A stretch of 64,000 bases of DNA from Camelus dromedarius (GCF_036321535.1 NC_087437.1:45448001-45512000), one strand, 5' to 3'. Counted from the first letter of the stretch, positions 1 to 13,965 are shown. Made by a program: numbers and translations. The notes: generated by a model not told the origin, from the letters alone.

Positions 1-350
1 GTATCAGTGTAGTCGCCAGGACAGATTAGTCTATGTTGTGATAACTTTTAAAGAAGCTTGCTCAGTATACACCCTCTGGGTATCGGTGGGCGTTTCTGAC
101 CTCTGCCACCCTCACTGCGCCAGACCAATGACATCCTTCTCATCTAGAAAATCACGACAGCAGTACCAGCAGACTGGAATGTGGCACCTAAATAGTTAAG
201 TGTTTCCACCAAGATGCGGCAAAAGTGATGACTTCTTTAACAGAGCAAGCCAACTCAGCAGGCCTGATTTCAAGGGTAAAGAGAAGTATAATCTCCCATG
301 TGCCAAATACCAGAGCAGAACCAAGTATCAAGTATTAGAAAAGAGATCTT
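1..350 (-). mobile_element. Degenerate MaLR LTR remnant (MLT1K/L-like)
   Basis: Recalled MLT1-like motifs (agcaagccaactcagcaggcctgatttcaagg...agaagtataatctcccatgtgcc); heavily diverged, bounds approximate. Confidence 0.35.
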
Positions 351-994
351 CTACAATCAAAGTTCTAGACTGATTTCTGCTTAAGCCCTAAATACAGGTG
401 TGGGGTTCTGTTATCATCAACTCAGCTATCTTATCATAAGTTAAAAAAAAAAACCCTAAAAATTCATGCAGTCAAGTCATGCTAAACTGGACAAAGTTAT
501 GTTTGATTTACTGTCAGTTTTAAACTAAAGCATATATTATCCTAAAACACAATCAGAGCAATTTTTATACTTTCATCAAAAGGAGAAAATTGTAATGCGA
601 TTTTGGTAGCTACTCTCCATATAAAGGCAGACACCTTCCTTTTTTTTCTTGGTTTCTCCCAGGGGACATTATCACAAACAAAAATTTCTAAAATTGAAAT
701 GGTAGAATCAGGAGACACCTAAAGACCAAAGCAAGCACAGGTAAAAGACAGCCACTGACGTCGTGTGTGCCCTTCCCTTAGGGTTTGGCTTTCTCTGGAA
801 GTGCAGCTACTATCCACACAGTGGGAGGCTGTTGGGGCAAGTGATAGTGAGAGAGAAAGGAAAACTATGTCCCAAGTGTCTGAGCCCAGTGTTCTGTTCT
901 AACTCAGCAACCTGGGCCAAGAGGGTAGGGAAAATATACAAAATTGGCCCAGGAATATGTTACTTTCAAGGGACATTTTATCCACGACAGTTGT

Positions 995-1539
995 TGTGAG
1001 GGTTAATTTTACGTTCAACTCGGCCAGCCCATGGGGTACCCAGATGTTTGCTCAACATTATTCTGGCTGTGTCAGTGAAGGTATTTTGGGATGAGATGAA
1101 CACGTGGATTGGTAGATTTTACTAAAGCAGATTGCCCTCCCTAATGTGGGGGGCTCCCACATAATCAACTGAAGGCCTGAACAGAACAAAAATCAGACAC
1201 CCCCCCACAAGGAGGAGACAACTCCGCCTGCCTTCCTGTTTGAACTAAGACATGGGTCTTCTCGTGTATTCATACTTGAGCTGAAATGCTGGCTCTTTCT
1301 GGGTCTCCAGACTGCCAACTTTCAAGACTGGAACTTGCACCATCAGCTTGCCTGATTCTCAGGCCTTTGGACACAGATCAGACTCACACCACTGGCTCTC
1401 CTGGGTCTCCAGGCTGCCAACTGCAGATACTGAGATTTCTCAGCTCCAGCACCATGTGATCCAATTCCTTGTAATAAATCTCTTTCTATATGCATGCATC
1501 CCATTGGTTTTGTTTCTCTAAAGAACCCTGACTAACACA
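995..1539 (+). mobile_element. MLT2 (ERVL) solo LTR, complete
   Basis: Starts TGTGAGGGTTAATTTT, ends GAACCCTGACTAACACA, internal AATAAA; perfect 5-bp TSD GTTGT at 990-994 and 1540-1544. Confidence 0.9.
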
Positions 1540-1630
1540 GTTGTCAATTGTTTTCTAATTAGTTCATGTTTCCAGTGGCTGAATTATCTAACATAATAAC
1601 AAAGTGAGAGCCATGCACCATTGTTTAGAC

Positions 1631-2406
1631 CAGTCCTTCTCAAACATTACTGTGCACATACATTCCTGGGGATCTTGTCAAAATGCAGATTCCCTAATGT
1701 TCATAGAAGCACTATCTACAATAGTCAAGACATGGAAGCAACCTAAATGTCCATCGACTGATAAATGGATAAAGATGCGGTGTATATATACAGTGGAATA
1801 CTACTCAGCCATAAAAAGAATAAAGTAATGCCATTTGCAGCAACATGGATGGATCTGGAGATTGTCATACTAAGTGAAGTAAGCCAGTAAGAGAAAGAAA
1901 AATACCATATTACATCACTCATATGTGGAATCTAAAAAAAAAAATAAAGATACAAATGAACTTACTTACAAAACAGAAGTAGATTCACAGACATAAAAAA
2001 ACAAACTTATGGTTACCAGGGAGGTAAGGGGGGATGGAGGCATAAATTGGGAGTTTGAAATTTGCAGATACAAACTACTAGATATTGGATGGATAAACAA
2101 CAGGGTCCTACTGTATATAGTACAGGGCGCTTTATTCAATATCTTGTAAGAACCTATAATGAAAAAGAATACAAAAAGGAATATGTAAGTTATAACTGAC
2201 ACATTATGCTGTACACAAGAAATTAACACAACCCTGTAAACCAACTATACTCCAATTAAAAAATTATTCTAAAAATACAAAGTAAAAAATAATGCAGAGT
2301 CTGATTCACAGGACTGAGGTAGGGCCTGAGACGCTGCATTTCTGACAAGATCCCAGATGATGCCCATACCCATGCTGCTGACCCACGGATACACTGAGCA
2401 GCAAGG
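1631..2406. mobile_element. MER5A (hAT-Charlie) split by an L1 insertion (halves 1631-1692 and 2291-2406)
   Basis: cagtccttctcaaac...ggggatcttgtcaaaatgcagattc resumes as tgattcacagg...gggcctgaga...tgcatttctgacaag after the L1. Confidence 0.8.
1693..2290 (+). mobile_element. 5'-truncated L1 (ORF2 C-terminus + 3' UTR)
   Basis: Encodes MFIEALSTIVKTWKQPKCPSTDKWIK..YYSAIK; L1 3' UTR and A-rich tail; TSD aatgcagattc (1682-1692) / aatgcagagtc (2291-2301). Confidence 0.92.
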
Positions 2407-4297
2407 ATACACAGAGACGCCAAGTAAAGTGACCAGACTTCAACAGTCTGCTGCATTATAGCCAGTCTCAGGCCCTTTCCTACATCAAGGCGAAGCTGCA
2501 GTTAGAAGCATAAATCGGGGGTCATCTGCGAGGGAAACCAATGTCCCTCACAGTGGTTGGTCTCTATTTCCACTATCAGCAAGCCACAAATTGGTGCCTG
2601 TCTGTGCATGAAGAGGGAAAATAGAATTGGATAAGAACAAGAGCATTTCCCCTTGGGCATAAACAAGCCACTGTTCCAAGTATTATTTTCTGGCCACATG
2701 ACTGTGGCAGGCAGAACTCAGTCCTCTAACTGGAACTAAGTCCATGTTGCAAAACTTTGCTTCCCAAGAACACTCCTGTATCAATGCATTCTCTTCACGA
2801 GCACTTGGGCTTGCCTGCCTATCTCGATGTAACAGAGAAACGCATGCTTCCGAGCCACTTTTCTTGGTATCAGGCCTATTCACTGATAAGAAAAATTATG
2901 CCATATATTAAAATGTCATTTAGCCAGTTCTGGAGAGAACATCCTTCATGTATTTGAGGTTGTAGAAAATAAAATGCCAATTTCATTTTCCATTTAGTTT
3001 TAGTTTAAACATTTGCAATAACTTGTCCTGACTTGACAAAAGCACTTGTTTTAAGCAGTAAATGCTACCAAGTTTACCCAGCAGACACCAGGTTAATGAA
3101 ACATGAAAATATTTCACCATGAATGACAAGAGCCAGATGCAACTTTTATAAGAAAAAAATATGTTCTGTTTTATCCAGACTTCTAAACACTCAGCCTCAT
3201 GATTGGAGGCAGCAGCCCAGGTTAGAAGACCTGGCGTTTCATCAGATGCATTACCTATTCTTTGGACTACAGAGTATTTTAAACTGTTTTGTGACAGAAA
3301 ATATCACGTAGGTGTGAAACAAGGGAGTTGAAAGGTGCTTTTACTCACTTCACATTATGAATTCTGTCCAGTTCACTTCTGCTCTCTCCTTTTAACATCA
3401 TCCTGACTTTCTCATTTCCCCAGATGCATGAGTGGGTGTTTTGACACCTGACACTTGTAAAAGGTGCAAGGAAGCAGAATTTTCTATATAGACATTTCTC
3501 TGTTTTCTCCTGCTGTGAGAGAGAGAACTCTTCTGGAAAACCAGATACTCTGATTAGAGTATCTAATCTAAAACCTTCATCTATGTGATTGTAATACATT
3601 TAAAGGGGTGTGCCACTCAATCTAGACTGTGTACGATGTAATATTCTTTGATGACCCAAAAGGCTCTTAACATTCATGACAGATGTGTGGAAATACTGGT
3701 TAATGGTGTAGTCTAGCTGATTGAGTGCAACAGGACATTGGTACTGAGCGCCAAGGCAATAATGGTACCCAGCTGCTAGACTGCTAAAGTAAAGTGAGTC
3801 ACTGGCTCGCCAAGGTATTCTCTAACATCTGGATCACGCTGTTTCTCATACATAGAAAAACCATTAGCCTAATGAGTTAAGGTTGCCTGACACCTTATAT
3901 AATACGGGCTCACACATTTAGGCAAATTACCCCAAAGATCTGGAGAGTGTCTTTGGGGTGTTTAACTTTCTAGTATCTTCAGCAAAACCAGAAAATGCAT
4001 TTGCACCTAATATATTAAAGAAGTTCTGGTTCCACGAAGTGAGTAGTTTAAAATATTTTAACCCCAGAATTACACCCTGCCCTCTGTCCTACATTTTTAC
4101 ATGAGAATCAGAACACTAACCCACTCTCTCACCCATCCCTTCCCTCCCCAGTATCCCCCCTTTACTCCGCAGTAAGGCATTTCAGCAACAATCTAATTGA
4201 TTTTTTAAATCAGGTTTTTGCAACTATTTAAATGAAAATAGCATCTTACAGCAATTTTCATTAGTAACAGTTTATGAGCTCATAAAAGTGAGGTGAA

Positions 4298-4505
4298 CTA
4301 ACATTTACTGAATGGCCACTATGTCTCCACTCAGGTAGACACTTTATATGCAGTATATGCCTGATCTCACCTAATCTCCACTGAAAATCTGTAAAATAGT
4401 TATTAACTCCCCTTTCCAGATAGAAAGTGGGGCCTCTGAGAGTACAAATCTGTCCCTGGTCACAGAAATAGCTATCAGCAGAGCTAAAGCATGAGTCTGT
4501 ATGAG
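4298..4505 (-). mobile_element. MIR
   Basis: aacatttactgaatggccactatgt...ccagatagaaagtggggcctctgagag...tgtccctggtcacag resembles reverse MIR. Confidence 0.65.
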
Positions 4506-4609
4506 ATCTTGATACTCATTTTTGTCACATTATCTTCTCACATACATGTGATAAATTAACTAGAAATAAAGTATAATTTAACCTGCTCTGAATAGTTTGC
4601 TTGGTTTAC

Positions 4610-4880
4610 ACAAAGAACATAAATATTACCTGTAATCCTGCCACCTAGAGATAATAGTTGATAGTACTGGGTGGTTCACATATGTTTAAATTTTAGAAAC
4701 TGAGGTTCATAATGTGTGTATCTTTTATAATCAGTATTTGCACTTAACAATGTATCATGACCATTTTCCACGTTGTTAAACATGCTTCTAAACATGATTT
4801 TCATGGCTAATGTTATCTTGTTACCATAATTCAATCTGTTCCCCATTATTGAATATTCCTGTTATTTCCATGTACAATTA
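4610..4880 (-). mobile_element. Old L1 (L1ME-like) 3' fragment
   Basis: aatcctgccacctagagataa...cacttaacaatgtatcatgaccattttcc motifs. Confidence 0.5.
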
Positions 4881-4899
4881 CTCTTTTTTTAAAAAAGAT

Positions 4900-5106
4900 A
4901 TTATATACAAAATAGATTAAAAAATAGGTTTCTTCTGTATAGCACAGGGAACCATATTCAGTATCTTATAATAACCTTTAATGAAAAAGAATATGAAAAC
5001 AAATATATGTATGTATATGCATGACTGGGACATTGTGCTGTACACCAGAAGTTGACACATTGTAACTGACTGTACTTCAATTAAAAAAGAAGAAGAAGAA
5101 GAAAAA
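4900..5106 (+). mobile_element. Short L1 3'-UTR fragment, young subfamily, A/(GAA)n tail
   Basis: ttcttctgtatagcacagggaac...tgtaactgactgtacttcaattaaaaaa; nearly identical to 25199-25355; no clear TSD. Confidence 0.85.
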
Positions 5107-5109
5107 GGA

Positions 5110-5290
5110 GGCAGTGTGATATAATGAAAACAACTTTGTACTGGAAATATAGAAAACTGAATTCTAGATTTGTTATTTGCTAGCTGTGAAACCTTAAGAA
5201 CGTCGTCTTTTCTGGTATGATTTTTATCTGTAAAATAAAAGAATTACAGTAAATAATATTTTTCACATGTTTTAGATTATATGATTGTAA
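5110..5290 (+). mobile_element. MIR
   Basis: ggcagtgtgatataatgaaaa...gctagctgtgaaccttaag...tttatctgtaaaat. Confidence 0.6.
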
Positions 5291-5825
5291 TACTATATAA
5301 GTTATTCTAAAACTCTGATGTTCAGACTGGAGTATTGTATAACCAAATACACAGGCAACCAGGGAGTCGGGGGCTGTTACATAGATACAAAATTGAATCA
5401 GGGTGGCAGGCCCTATTTCCTGGCATTCCAATCTACTCAAATTGAGTTGAAATGTTATTTTGACAATTGCAAATGTAAAATAAAATAAAATGTAACATTT
5501 TCATGAATTTTTACTCCTTAAACAGAAAACTTCAAAATAAAGAAACCCAACTCCCTTAGATATATAATGCTCTACTGTGTTCTTAGATATATTTGGTGGA
5601 TTTAAACAGCACTGCCCAGGGCAACTGAAACTGATCCTAACACACCATAGTTGCGTTAGTAACTGGTATGGCATTTCCACGTAAATGATGCAGCTTGTTG
5701 GCACAGATCTCCCTTGCAAATGTCTTCCTTCAGATCCCATAGCCAGCTGACTGTTTCTCTAAAGTTAAGAAGTAGTAATACCTTTCCTTTTCACCTCAAA
5801 TGGATTCCTCTAAAAGAACAAAATC

Positions 5826-5851
5826 CAAAACAAAACAAAACAAAACAAAAC
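5826..5851 (+). repeat. (CAAAA)n microsatellite
   Basis: Five tandem units read directly. Confidence 0.9.
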
Positions 5852-6167
5852 AGTAATACCTCCTGAGCTCTTGCTGAAAGTATGAGTCTTGACACCATTA
5901 GCAAAAAGTGGCTTTGAGGAGCAGCTCAGTCTTCATGGCTTCTAAGCACTTTCCCTCTCTTGTTCTTCTCCTGTTGTTACTTGTTTTTCTCCAGCCATTG
6001 ATTCACTTATTACCATCCTAGGAGTTTCCCTCTCCTTTGTTGGTATGTTAGAGACAATTTTTGATTTATGGTTCCTTTATTAAATAAGATATTTATGAAT
6101 GTACATGATGTATATGTCTTAAGCTACCTTTTCCCAGTAAAAGTTAAAAGTGTGCATGGGCACAAGC

Positions 6168-6168
<1 letters not shown>

Positions 6169-6199
<31 letters not shown>

Positions 6200-6211
6200 C
6201 ACACACACACA
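6169..6211 (+). repeat. (CA)n microsatellite, one interruption
   Basis: Read directly. Confidence 0.95.
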
Positions 6212-8499
6212 GAGAGTTACACATGGGAATCCTTGAGATTTCTCTCATCTTTGAATGGTTTGCAAAGTGGCCCTTGGTGGCTATTGTTGACATGAGGATG
6301 ACCACCTGCACCAATGAGGATGAGGTGAATTGCTGAGAACTCTTCATTTGGGTCGTCAATCCATGAAAACCAGCAACTGCCCACAGTCTCCAGAAATAAG
6401 AATTGGCCTAATGGTAGTCAGGCAACACATAATGAAAATTAAACAGGTTTTTCGAGGAAGTGGTTTGATATGCCCCTCCCATCCTTAGCTTGCTGTTGTG
6501 AGAAACGACTGTAAGGGGGAAATAGTGTATTTCCACATGTATCCCTTTGTATTTTCTAATATCTGAACATCCATTGAGATTAAAATACTCCATTTCGTAA
6601 TTAGAATATAAATATGAATGATACATGGCTTTTATCCTCAAGAAGTTCAAAATCTACTGGCCAAAAATGAAAAGCTCTTAAACATAGAATGATAATGTTT
6701 CCAAGGGAATTTTTCTCATTTAGTTTTGTCTTGTGTTTTAGAACTAGCTCAATTCCTAAAACTGTTTTTCAGTTTTCCAGGATCATGCAGATACCAAGGC
6801 TAATATTTCGGCATTGATGATATGTTATGTTTCTGTGGAGATTTACAGTTCTTTTCCACAAACAATGCCCCATTTGACCTCCCAGCAGGCATGGGATGCA
6901 GTTAAAGCAGCAGTCATCCACATTCGAGAGACAAGCCAGAGAAATGAAGTAGCTTCTTCAAGGTCACATAATTAGACTGTGAAAGTCAGGACTCTGACTG
7001 TTTCAGGTTGTTGGTCTAATGTTATTCTCACTCTTTTTTGATATGCACCAATTCTTTGAAAATTTTGTTCAACTTTAGATTAAAATCAATCGTTCGATCC
7101 AAGAATTGAATAGTTAGATTTAAGAATTAGATGGATAGAGAAAACAACCATGTACAGACCGCACAATTTCCCATATTCTACCTTTTTCTAGTCTCAATTT
7201 TCCTAATCACGTTGAGAGTGGTAGAAAGATAGGGCAGTACTGGACAATGATAAATTGAAGAAGAATATTTATTTATTGTATTAGAATAGGAAAATGTTTT
7301 ACATGTGGTAAGAAGACTTATTTAGATGAAAGGGTAACAATTTGGACATAAGTAACTGGAGGTGTTTAAGGCTGAGCTGAAATTATCCTGGTCAGTAAGA
7401 CAAGGGAGAGGGGGCGATGAAAGTTTTATAGGAGTGAAGTAAACCAACAAAATGGGTGGAGCCTGGCTCAGCGACTGAAGTCTTGGCCAGAACCCAGACC
7501 ATACAGATTCCCCTCAGCGTTGTCGTGATTAAAGACTACCCTCCTCCTGACAAATACATTATAATAATAAAACTTAAATGTAAAATAAATAGTAAATGAA
7601 ACAGAGCAACACTAAGCCTCACTAGTTCCGCTTTGGGGAAGGATTAAGGAGAAATTTGTGCCAAGGACAACAGATATCCAAGATGAAGTAAAAGAGATTT
7701 CTTCTTTTCTGCACCAGTATGTTTGTTTAATTCCTAGATACCACCGGTCCGCTGGATCTCCTACTGGCTTTATCAGTTAATATATTAAACTCAGGGTTTG
7801 GGGCATCCACATTGTCCTTCCCACCTCTTCTACAGGAGTGCCAGTGGGAGGAACCTCAGGACTGGGAGTTTGGACAGCTTGACGGGTCTGCCCTGGGTTA
7901 TAAGCAGTTGTGACAGCAGTTACCTGCAGGCAACTCCCTGGATCTGTTGCCCCCAAGTGCACTCAAAGGGTAAAAGGGGTTATAAAGGAGACAGCTGGCA
8001 AGGACACCTCAAGTTGAACACCACTGCTACACTGTAGAAATAGGCACTGACTGCCTTTCCAGGCCACTTTTGTGTTTGTCTAGTGGTCCAGACTCTCTAA
8101 GGGGAACCACCACAGAGGTGTTGAAATTATCTACAGAAATTCCTATGACATTGATTTTACCCTTTCTGTGAGCCAGAGTTCAACAACAAAAACCTTCGCA
8201 TGAAAGAGTCAGAAAAAATGCCAGAATTCGATGTCAATGCCCTATTTCCTCAGCGCAGAGGGACAGCTTCGCTTTTGTCTATTACCAGATATGTCCTTCA
8301 ATCTGAAGCCATCTGTTCCATGAACTTCTGAGACTTGGGCCAAGGGAACTTTAAACCAAGAAACCATTTCACCAAATGTCAGTCAGAGTGTCTGGCATCT
8401 GGCTGAAACCTAAAAGCTCAGAATGTGATGTTTCAGAAGGCTGCAGTCTTTTCTGGAATTTCACAAAGTATAGTGTGCACTGAAAATTTTGTATCTATT

Positions 8500-9110
8500 T
8501 TATGTTTCTGATTACAAGATGATTCAGTGTTCATTAAAAAGAGTTTAAAATATAAAGAACCAGGACAAAAGTAAAAGTGGTTCATGATCACCCCCCACAG
8601 ATATAACCACTGTTACCATTTTGCTGTATTTCCTTGTCTTCTTTTCTATCTTCCTTGTTTCATACACTTAGCATCATAATCTATGTACTCCTGTGCACAC
8701 TGGCTCCTCCCTATATATTTTCTATGTCATGTAATAGTGAATTAAAATGTTAACCCATCATAAGGCAGTGCTATTATTAATTCTAAACTGATGTACATTT
8801 AGGGTTTTTTTCCACTTTTAAATAGAATATCTCAGAGAATGTCTTTTCTCATATAACACTGGTTTGCATCTTTGATTTCTGCCCTAATTTTTTATCTAGA
8901 ATCATAATGTCTATGACAATGACCAATGAATATGCATAAAATTCTGATGCATTTGCCATACTGACTTCTGGAAAATAGGTTCTCTCTCATAAGCAGTGTA
9001 TGTGGATAAGAAGTTCTGTCTCATTGTACCCTGTCCACAGAAGAAATGCCCTGGAGGGTATCTGAAAAGCATACAGATATTGTTATTTTGAATTTTCACT
9101 GGCAAAATTA
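8500..9110 (-). mobile_element. Old L1 (L1ME-like) fragment
   Basis: cccacagatataaccactgttaccattttgctgtatttcc...tgatgcatttgccatactgacttctggaaa motifs. Confidence 0.55.
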
Positions 9111-12100
9111 ATCTTCTTACTATGTTTCTCTCTATATCTTTCTCAATCTGCTCTCTTAAATGCTGCTTTCCTACAACAGAAAAAGAATCTAAATTCTGTG
9201 TTCCACAGCCTGCCCTAACTTGGCCCAACTAGACCTCATTGGAGGATTTTGCCCAAATCTCCTTTGCCCATCACCTGCTGTTTTGGTACCTCTCAGAAGG
9301 GAGAGGTACATGTTAGTGCTTGGTGACACTCCTTATCTGATCACATCAAAAGCGTATCCAACAGAAATTTCTCAACATTTCTACTTTCCTGTAGTTTTCA
9401 GTTGTTGCAGGTTTCCTCCTAATTTAAAAAAAAAATTCTACAGACATCTTTCCATTTGTACTACTTTCAGTCTTTTTATGCTTTTCATTTGTAACATAGT
9501 CCACCTTGAAGCCTTCAAGTTTCAGTGTCTTTGTTTTGCAGGATCCATCAGTACTACCCCCCACCCCAATGCAAAGCAAATTCAGCTTCTCCTGAGGCCT
9601 CCCCCTGCTAGCACCCTTTTCTTCTTATGGAAACCTCTCCTTCCCAGAGGAATCCTCTCTTCCAAACATCTACTATAACCGGTTTTATCGTCAGCTGGCC
9701 GTGACTTAATCCACCCAAATGTTAGATGATAACCAACATATTAGCTGAATCGCTCAAGCTGTATTTCTTTCACTTAAAAGTTTTAAGGGAAATTAAGGAA
9801 AAATAATAACTTTCCAAGATCCAAAAGAATGAAGGTTTAAGGGTAAGTTGTACGGAAGACCCTTTGGATCAGAGAGTCTTGTCTGGCTCTTTCAGAACTT
9901 GCTTCCAATGGCTGTCTTTTGAAAGACTACTATTTGCCCTAAAATGTACATTTGAATCCCAAATACATCTCCAATTTCCTTAGGCCTTCAATTCCATAAT
10001 TATTTCAGTTTTTACCAAAACAAAATCTTTCTGAAAAATGGCCAGCATCTGCAGCTCTGCTTCCCCCAGTTGCTTTCAATTTGTGAGGAAGTTCACCGAC
10101 TACTGAACGGGGCCATAAGCTCAAACTCACAGCCTTTTAAAATAAGAAGGGACCTTAATGGTATCCGATGAACCTCAGAGAACTGAGATTCTGAGAAATT
10201 AGGCGACTTACAAGACAACACAGGTGATTCATACCCTCCAACCCTCAAGCCACTGCTTTCTATTACAATTATGTCATTTTCTGTGTTGTTGTTGTTGAAA
10301 ACTTCATGGAAGTTACAGCCTAAAAACTCTTCAAGTGCATTTAATTTCACTTCTGTTATTATCACAGGCTCATATTAACCTTTTCCTTTGTAACCAATCC
10401 TTCCTAAAAACTCACCCAGAGCCTATGAAAAGGAATAGTTCCTAGAGCAAAATAAAAGTTACAAATACACAGGTGTATCCTCAGGTGAATCAAAAAACTA
10501 GATCGCTGCTGCTCCAATGCTGCTCCTCACAATTACATTTCCTCTTCATCATGTGCTGTGCACCTGCTTCTAAGGGACAGGCTTCCAGGAACACAAATGA
10601 TTCTTCGTCTGAATCCACATTTATTCAGCTTAATGAGCTTTATGCATTAGCTAATCTTTGAGACAACCTACCTCAAAGAGGTGTGCGAATATATAGATAT
10701 ATATATATTCTAGCATATATGTTCATTATATCTATATTTCAATAAGGGTCAAAAATAGGATAAGGCAGCAAAATTTCAATAGTTCAATAGTGTGGTAAAA
10801 AATACGACAGCACAGTTGTTTCTCCTGTGAGCAGAGAGAATAAAGACATTCAAAACCAAGAATAGCTTTCCTCTTGGGTTAAGAATTTTTTCTTTATGTA
10901 ATGCACAGGCTTTCAGTCTTGGCAGGTTTTCTCAAGACTAAAAATGAAACACGATCATTGTCTTTTATAACAAATAATTCTTGTCCTGTTTGACTAACCA
11001 AGGAAGTAATACCTCAAGCACCAGGATCGCATATAGAGGAAAGCTAAGCTGCTTAAGAGGAAAGGTTTTGTGGCAACAAGCCGAGGTGTGTGATCCGTGC
11101 AGATCTGATACCCATGCCCTCACCTAAGTGAGAATGGGACCATCTTGGTCTTGAGAATGCTTGCAGGGCAAGAGGGTGTCTCAGGTCTAAAAGGGACTAA
11201 AAAGTAAATGACTTCCACTCCTCCAAGGCACGGGAGGCTGTCTGGTTCTCACTGTCATGGCTTCTGCCCTTTGGGAGCTGAAGTTGGGACACTCACGGTC
11301 TGACCTCACCGCTTTTCTCACAAAGAGACAACTGAGATGAGACCTTTTATAGGTTACTGTGTTTTCACGCAGGTCAGTTAATGTAACTCGAGGGGTTCAT
11401 TTGGGAGAGTTAATTAACAAATATGTAAAGTGGTAATTTGATTCTCTTTGCCTGATTCGGAATAAGGCTAACTCTGACATGGTACATGCGCATCCTGAAG
11501 CAGGACTACTTCTCTTGTTACCTTTATTAAACTGACTGAAGACGACTATTCAGAAGGTAGATTTTGAACCTCAATGCACTGAACCTGGACAAGCTGAACC
11601 CTATTTACCAAGTCACATCTTTACACCTTTAAGGAGCACCAAGAGATGTGATATGTAAATTAGAGTCGAGGGTTTTGGGAAGATACGGCACTTTCAATTT
11701 ACCCAGAAGAGCCTCATTTAAAGACAAAGGCAGAATGTGCTCAAGTTTAGTTCTTAGTACCATAAAGATCACTTGCATTCACAGACCTCAGAAGTTTATA
11801 AACTGGGTCACATTATTTTCCTTGACTCTTTGAAACATCCTGTAAGTTATCTGCAGAAGGCATTTTAATTTCAATTTCAAAACCATAAAAACTAAGGCCA
11901 GGGAAGTCCTACGCCCTCCAGAAGTAAAGCCCATTGACATATAGTGATTTTAACTTACATTTGAAGTTTATTGCTTCCACAGGCAATTCAAGTTAAAAAA
12001 AAAACTTGCCCCATTTACAATTACTTCCCATGTTAATGTGTATTTTCATGTGTACATAGCTCCTTTATTTGATCTAAAATTCTTCCTGGACTGTGAATAT

Positions 12101-12171
12101 GTCTTATTTTCATATCTTCTCTGCTACATCGCCTGGTAGCTTGCACACGTCGGGGCTCAGCCCACCTCAGG

Positions 12172-12296
12172 CCCATTGATGAGAGCTCCACTATCATGAC
12201 CTAATTATCTCTGAAAGGTCCTACCTCCTAATACCATCACATGGAAGGTCAGGATGCTAACATATGAATTTGGGGGAACACAAGCATTCAGCAGCA
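12172..12296 (-). mobile_element. MLT1A/MST-type MaLR LTR, 5' end only
   Basis: catgacctaattatctctgaaagg...taataccatcacat...catatgaatttgggggaacacaagcattcag is the reverse of the MLT1A 5' end. Confidence 0.8.
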
Positions 12297-13214
12297 AGCC
12301 TATGAGTACAGTACTTTTGACACACTTAAAATCCCTAATGTAGGTAAAAGCTACACATTATTCAGGAGTTTTTATATATTATTCATTTGAAATTAAAATT
12401 TATATAATTTTAACTGAAGTTCTTAGAAGAAAATATTTCTCTTGGCCAAGAAGACTCAATAAAGAAAATTTAAGAATGCACATGTTGGCCTCAAATGTGG
12501 CAAATGCTAAGATTTTTTCATATGAAAAGTAGAAACAAATTTAAATGATTTGTATGATTTTATGAGGCATTCCCTAACCTGTCCCCAGAGAGCAACTACA
12601 GATAAAAGTAACTCTTGTCCCGGCTGGCCAAAGGGTCATCATGTGTGCTGGCCAGCTTCTGGTGATCTCCATATCCTAAGTTAACCACCACAAATTCTGG
12701 GCTTCTTGCCATCATGACTGCCTCCAAACACATTCTCTAATTTCCCTTACAAACACTGTGATGCCAAAAATACTGAGTATAATAACCTAAAGAGCAGTTT
12801 TGACTGCTCATAAATGAAGACCCCAATTTGTGGCACAGCCTAGAACTCACGCAACTTTAATGGTCCCTTCAACTTACCCCTTTTTCAAAGCCCATTCTCA
12901 AAATATAATCATTACAGCCAAATTTAGTGATTCTATACTGAAATGTGAAAAAGCATTTTGGTAAGACATATAGGGTTGGCAAAAAAAGAAAAAAATCAAA
13001 TGAAACCATGGTGATACAAAAGTAGCAAGATCAAAACATAAAGCCTTGGGTTATTTTAAGTTTCAGCAGCTCAATTTAGCTCAATCAAAGCAGAAAAGGA
13101 TGTAAAGTATAATAAAGAAACAGAAACCACAAATAACTGTTATAGAGTCTTCAGTGCACTGCTAAGAAGTATTTTTCTGTCCTTCTCAAGAATTTTGATG
13201 CTTTAGTTTAAAAG

Positions 13215-13446
13215 CAGTGTCTGTCAAATTCAGCATGAGCTATTGACATTTGGGGCTGGAGAATTCCTTGTCGTGGGGGCTGTCATGTGCATTGTCAGAT
13301 GTCTTGCCACATCCCCGGTCTCTCTCCACTAGGTACCATAGCATCCCTCACCACTCTTACTCCAATGGTTGTAAAAACCAATTGTGTCTCCAGGCAATGC
13401 CAGGTGTCCCTCAAGGGACAGAATCTTCCCCTGTTGAGAACCATCT
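13215..13446. mobile_element. MER20 (hAT-Charlie)
   Basis: ctattgacatttggggctggagaattccttgtcgtgggggctgtcatgtgcattgt...gtctccaggcaatgccaggtgtccc...gttgagaacca. Confidence 0.88.
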
Positions 13447-13769
13447 TTAGAGTCAGGATGAAGATATGAAAAGAAGTAAATATGGATTCAAAACTTTTAG
13501 CAGTAAAATTCTGACTGACAGAGATACTGGTTTCATAAGAAAAGCTGGGCTATTTCCTTATTAATTCTTTTAAGTGTTGGTTAACTACGTTCTGTGTGCC
13601 AGGCAGGCACTGGCTTGCACTTGCTCACGTTGACATTAATTGACCCCAGGAAGGACAATCAGGCCTTCTCAACACAGAACCCTTGTGTACACCCCTGCAC
13701 AAAAGAACACAGGTTTGGACAGATGGATCTGACAGATTATTAAATTCCTGTTTCCTACAGCAGAGAAAT

Positions 13770-13965
13770 TCTGAGAAAAAGGACAGATCCAATGCGAGCT
13801 GTGTCACCACGACTGCGTCACCGGCTGTGATCCTGGAGAAGCCACTTTACCTTCCAAGACTCAGTTTTCTCTATTTGTTGATGAATAAATCATTGAACAG
13901 TGAGTTTCAGTGGTTAATTGAGAATTAAATACACTATCTGTGTAACACCTGATAAGTAATATTAC
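13770..13965 (+). mobile_element. MIR
   Basis: ggctgtgatcctggagaagccactttaccttccaagactcagttttctctatttg core. Confidence 0.65.

Noticed and set aside
7895..8010. TATAAA at 7981 with nearby E-boxes
   Set aside because: No CCAAT/GC box or downstream donor found; such motifs are frequent by chance
9220..9678. 152-aa ORF
   Set aside because: Starts at TTG, low-complexity F/L/C/S composition, no recognisable domain; consistent with chance
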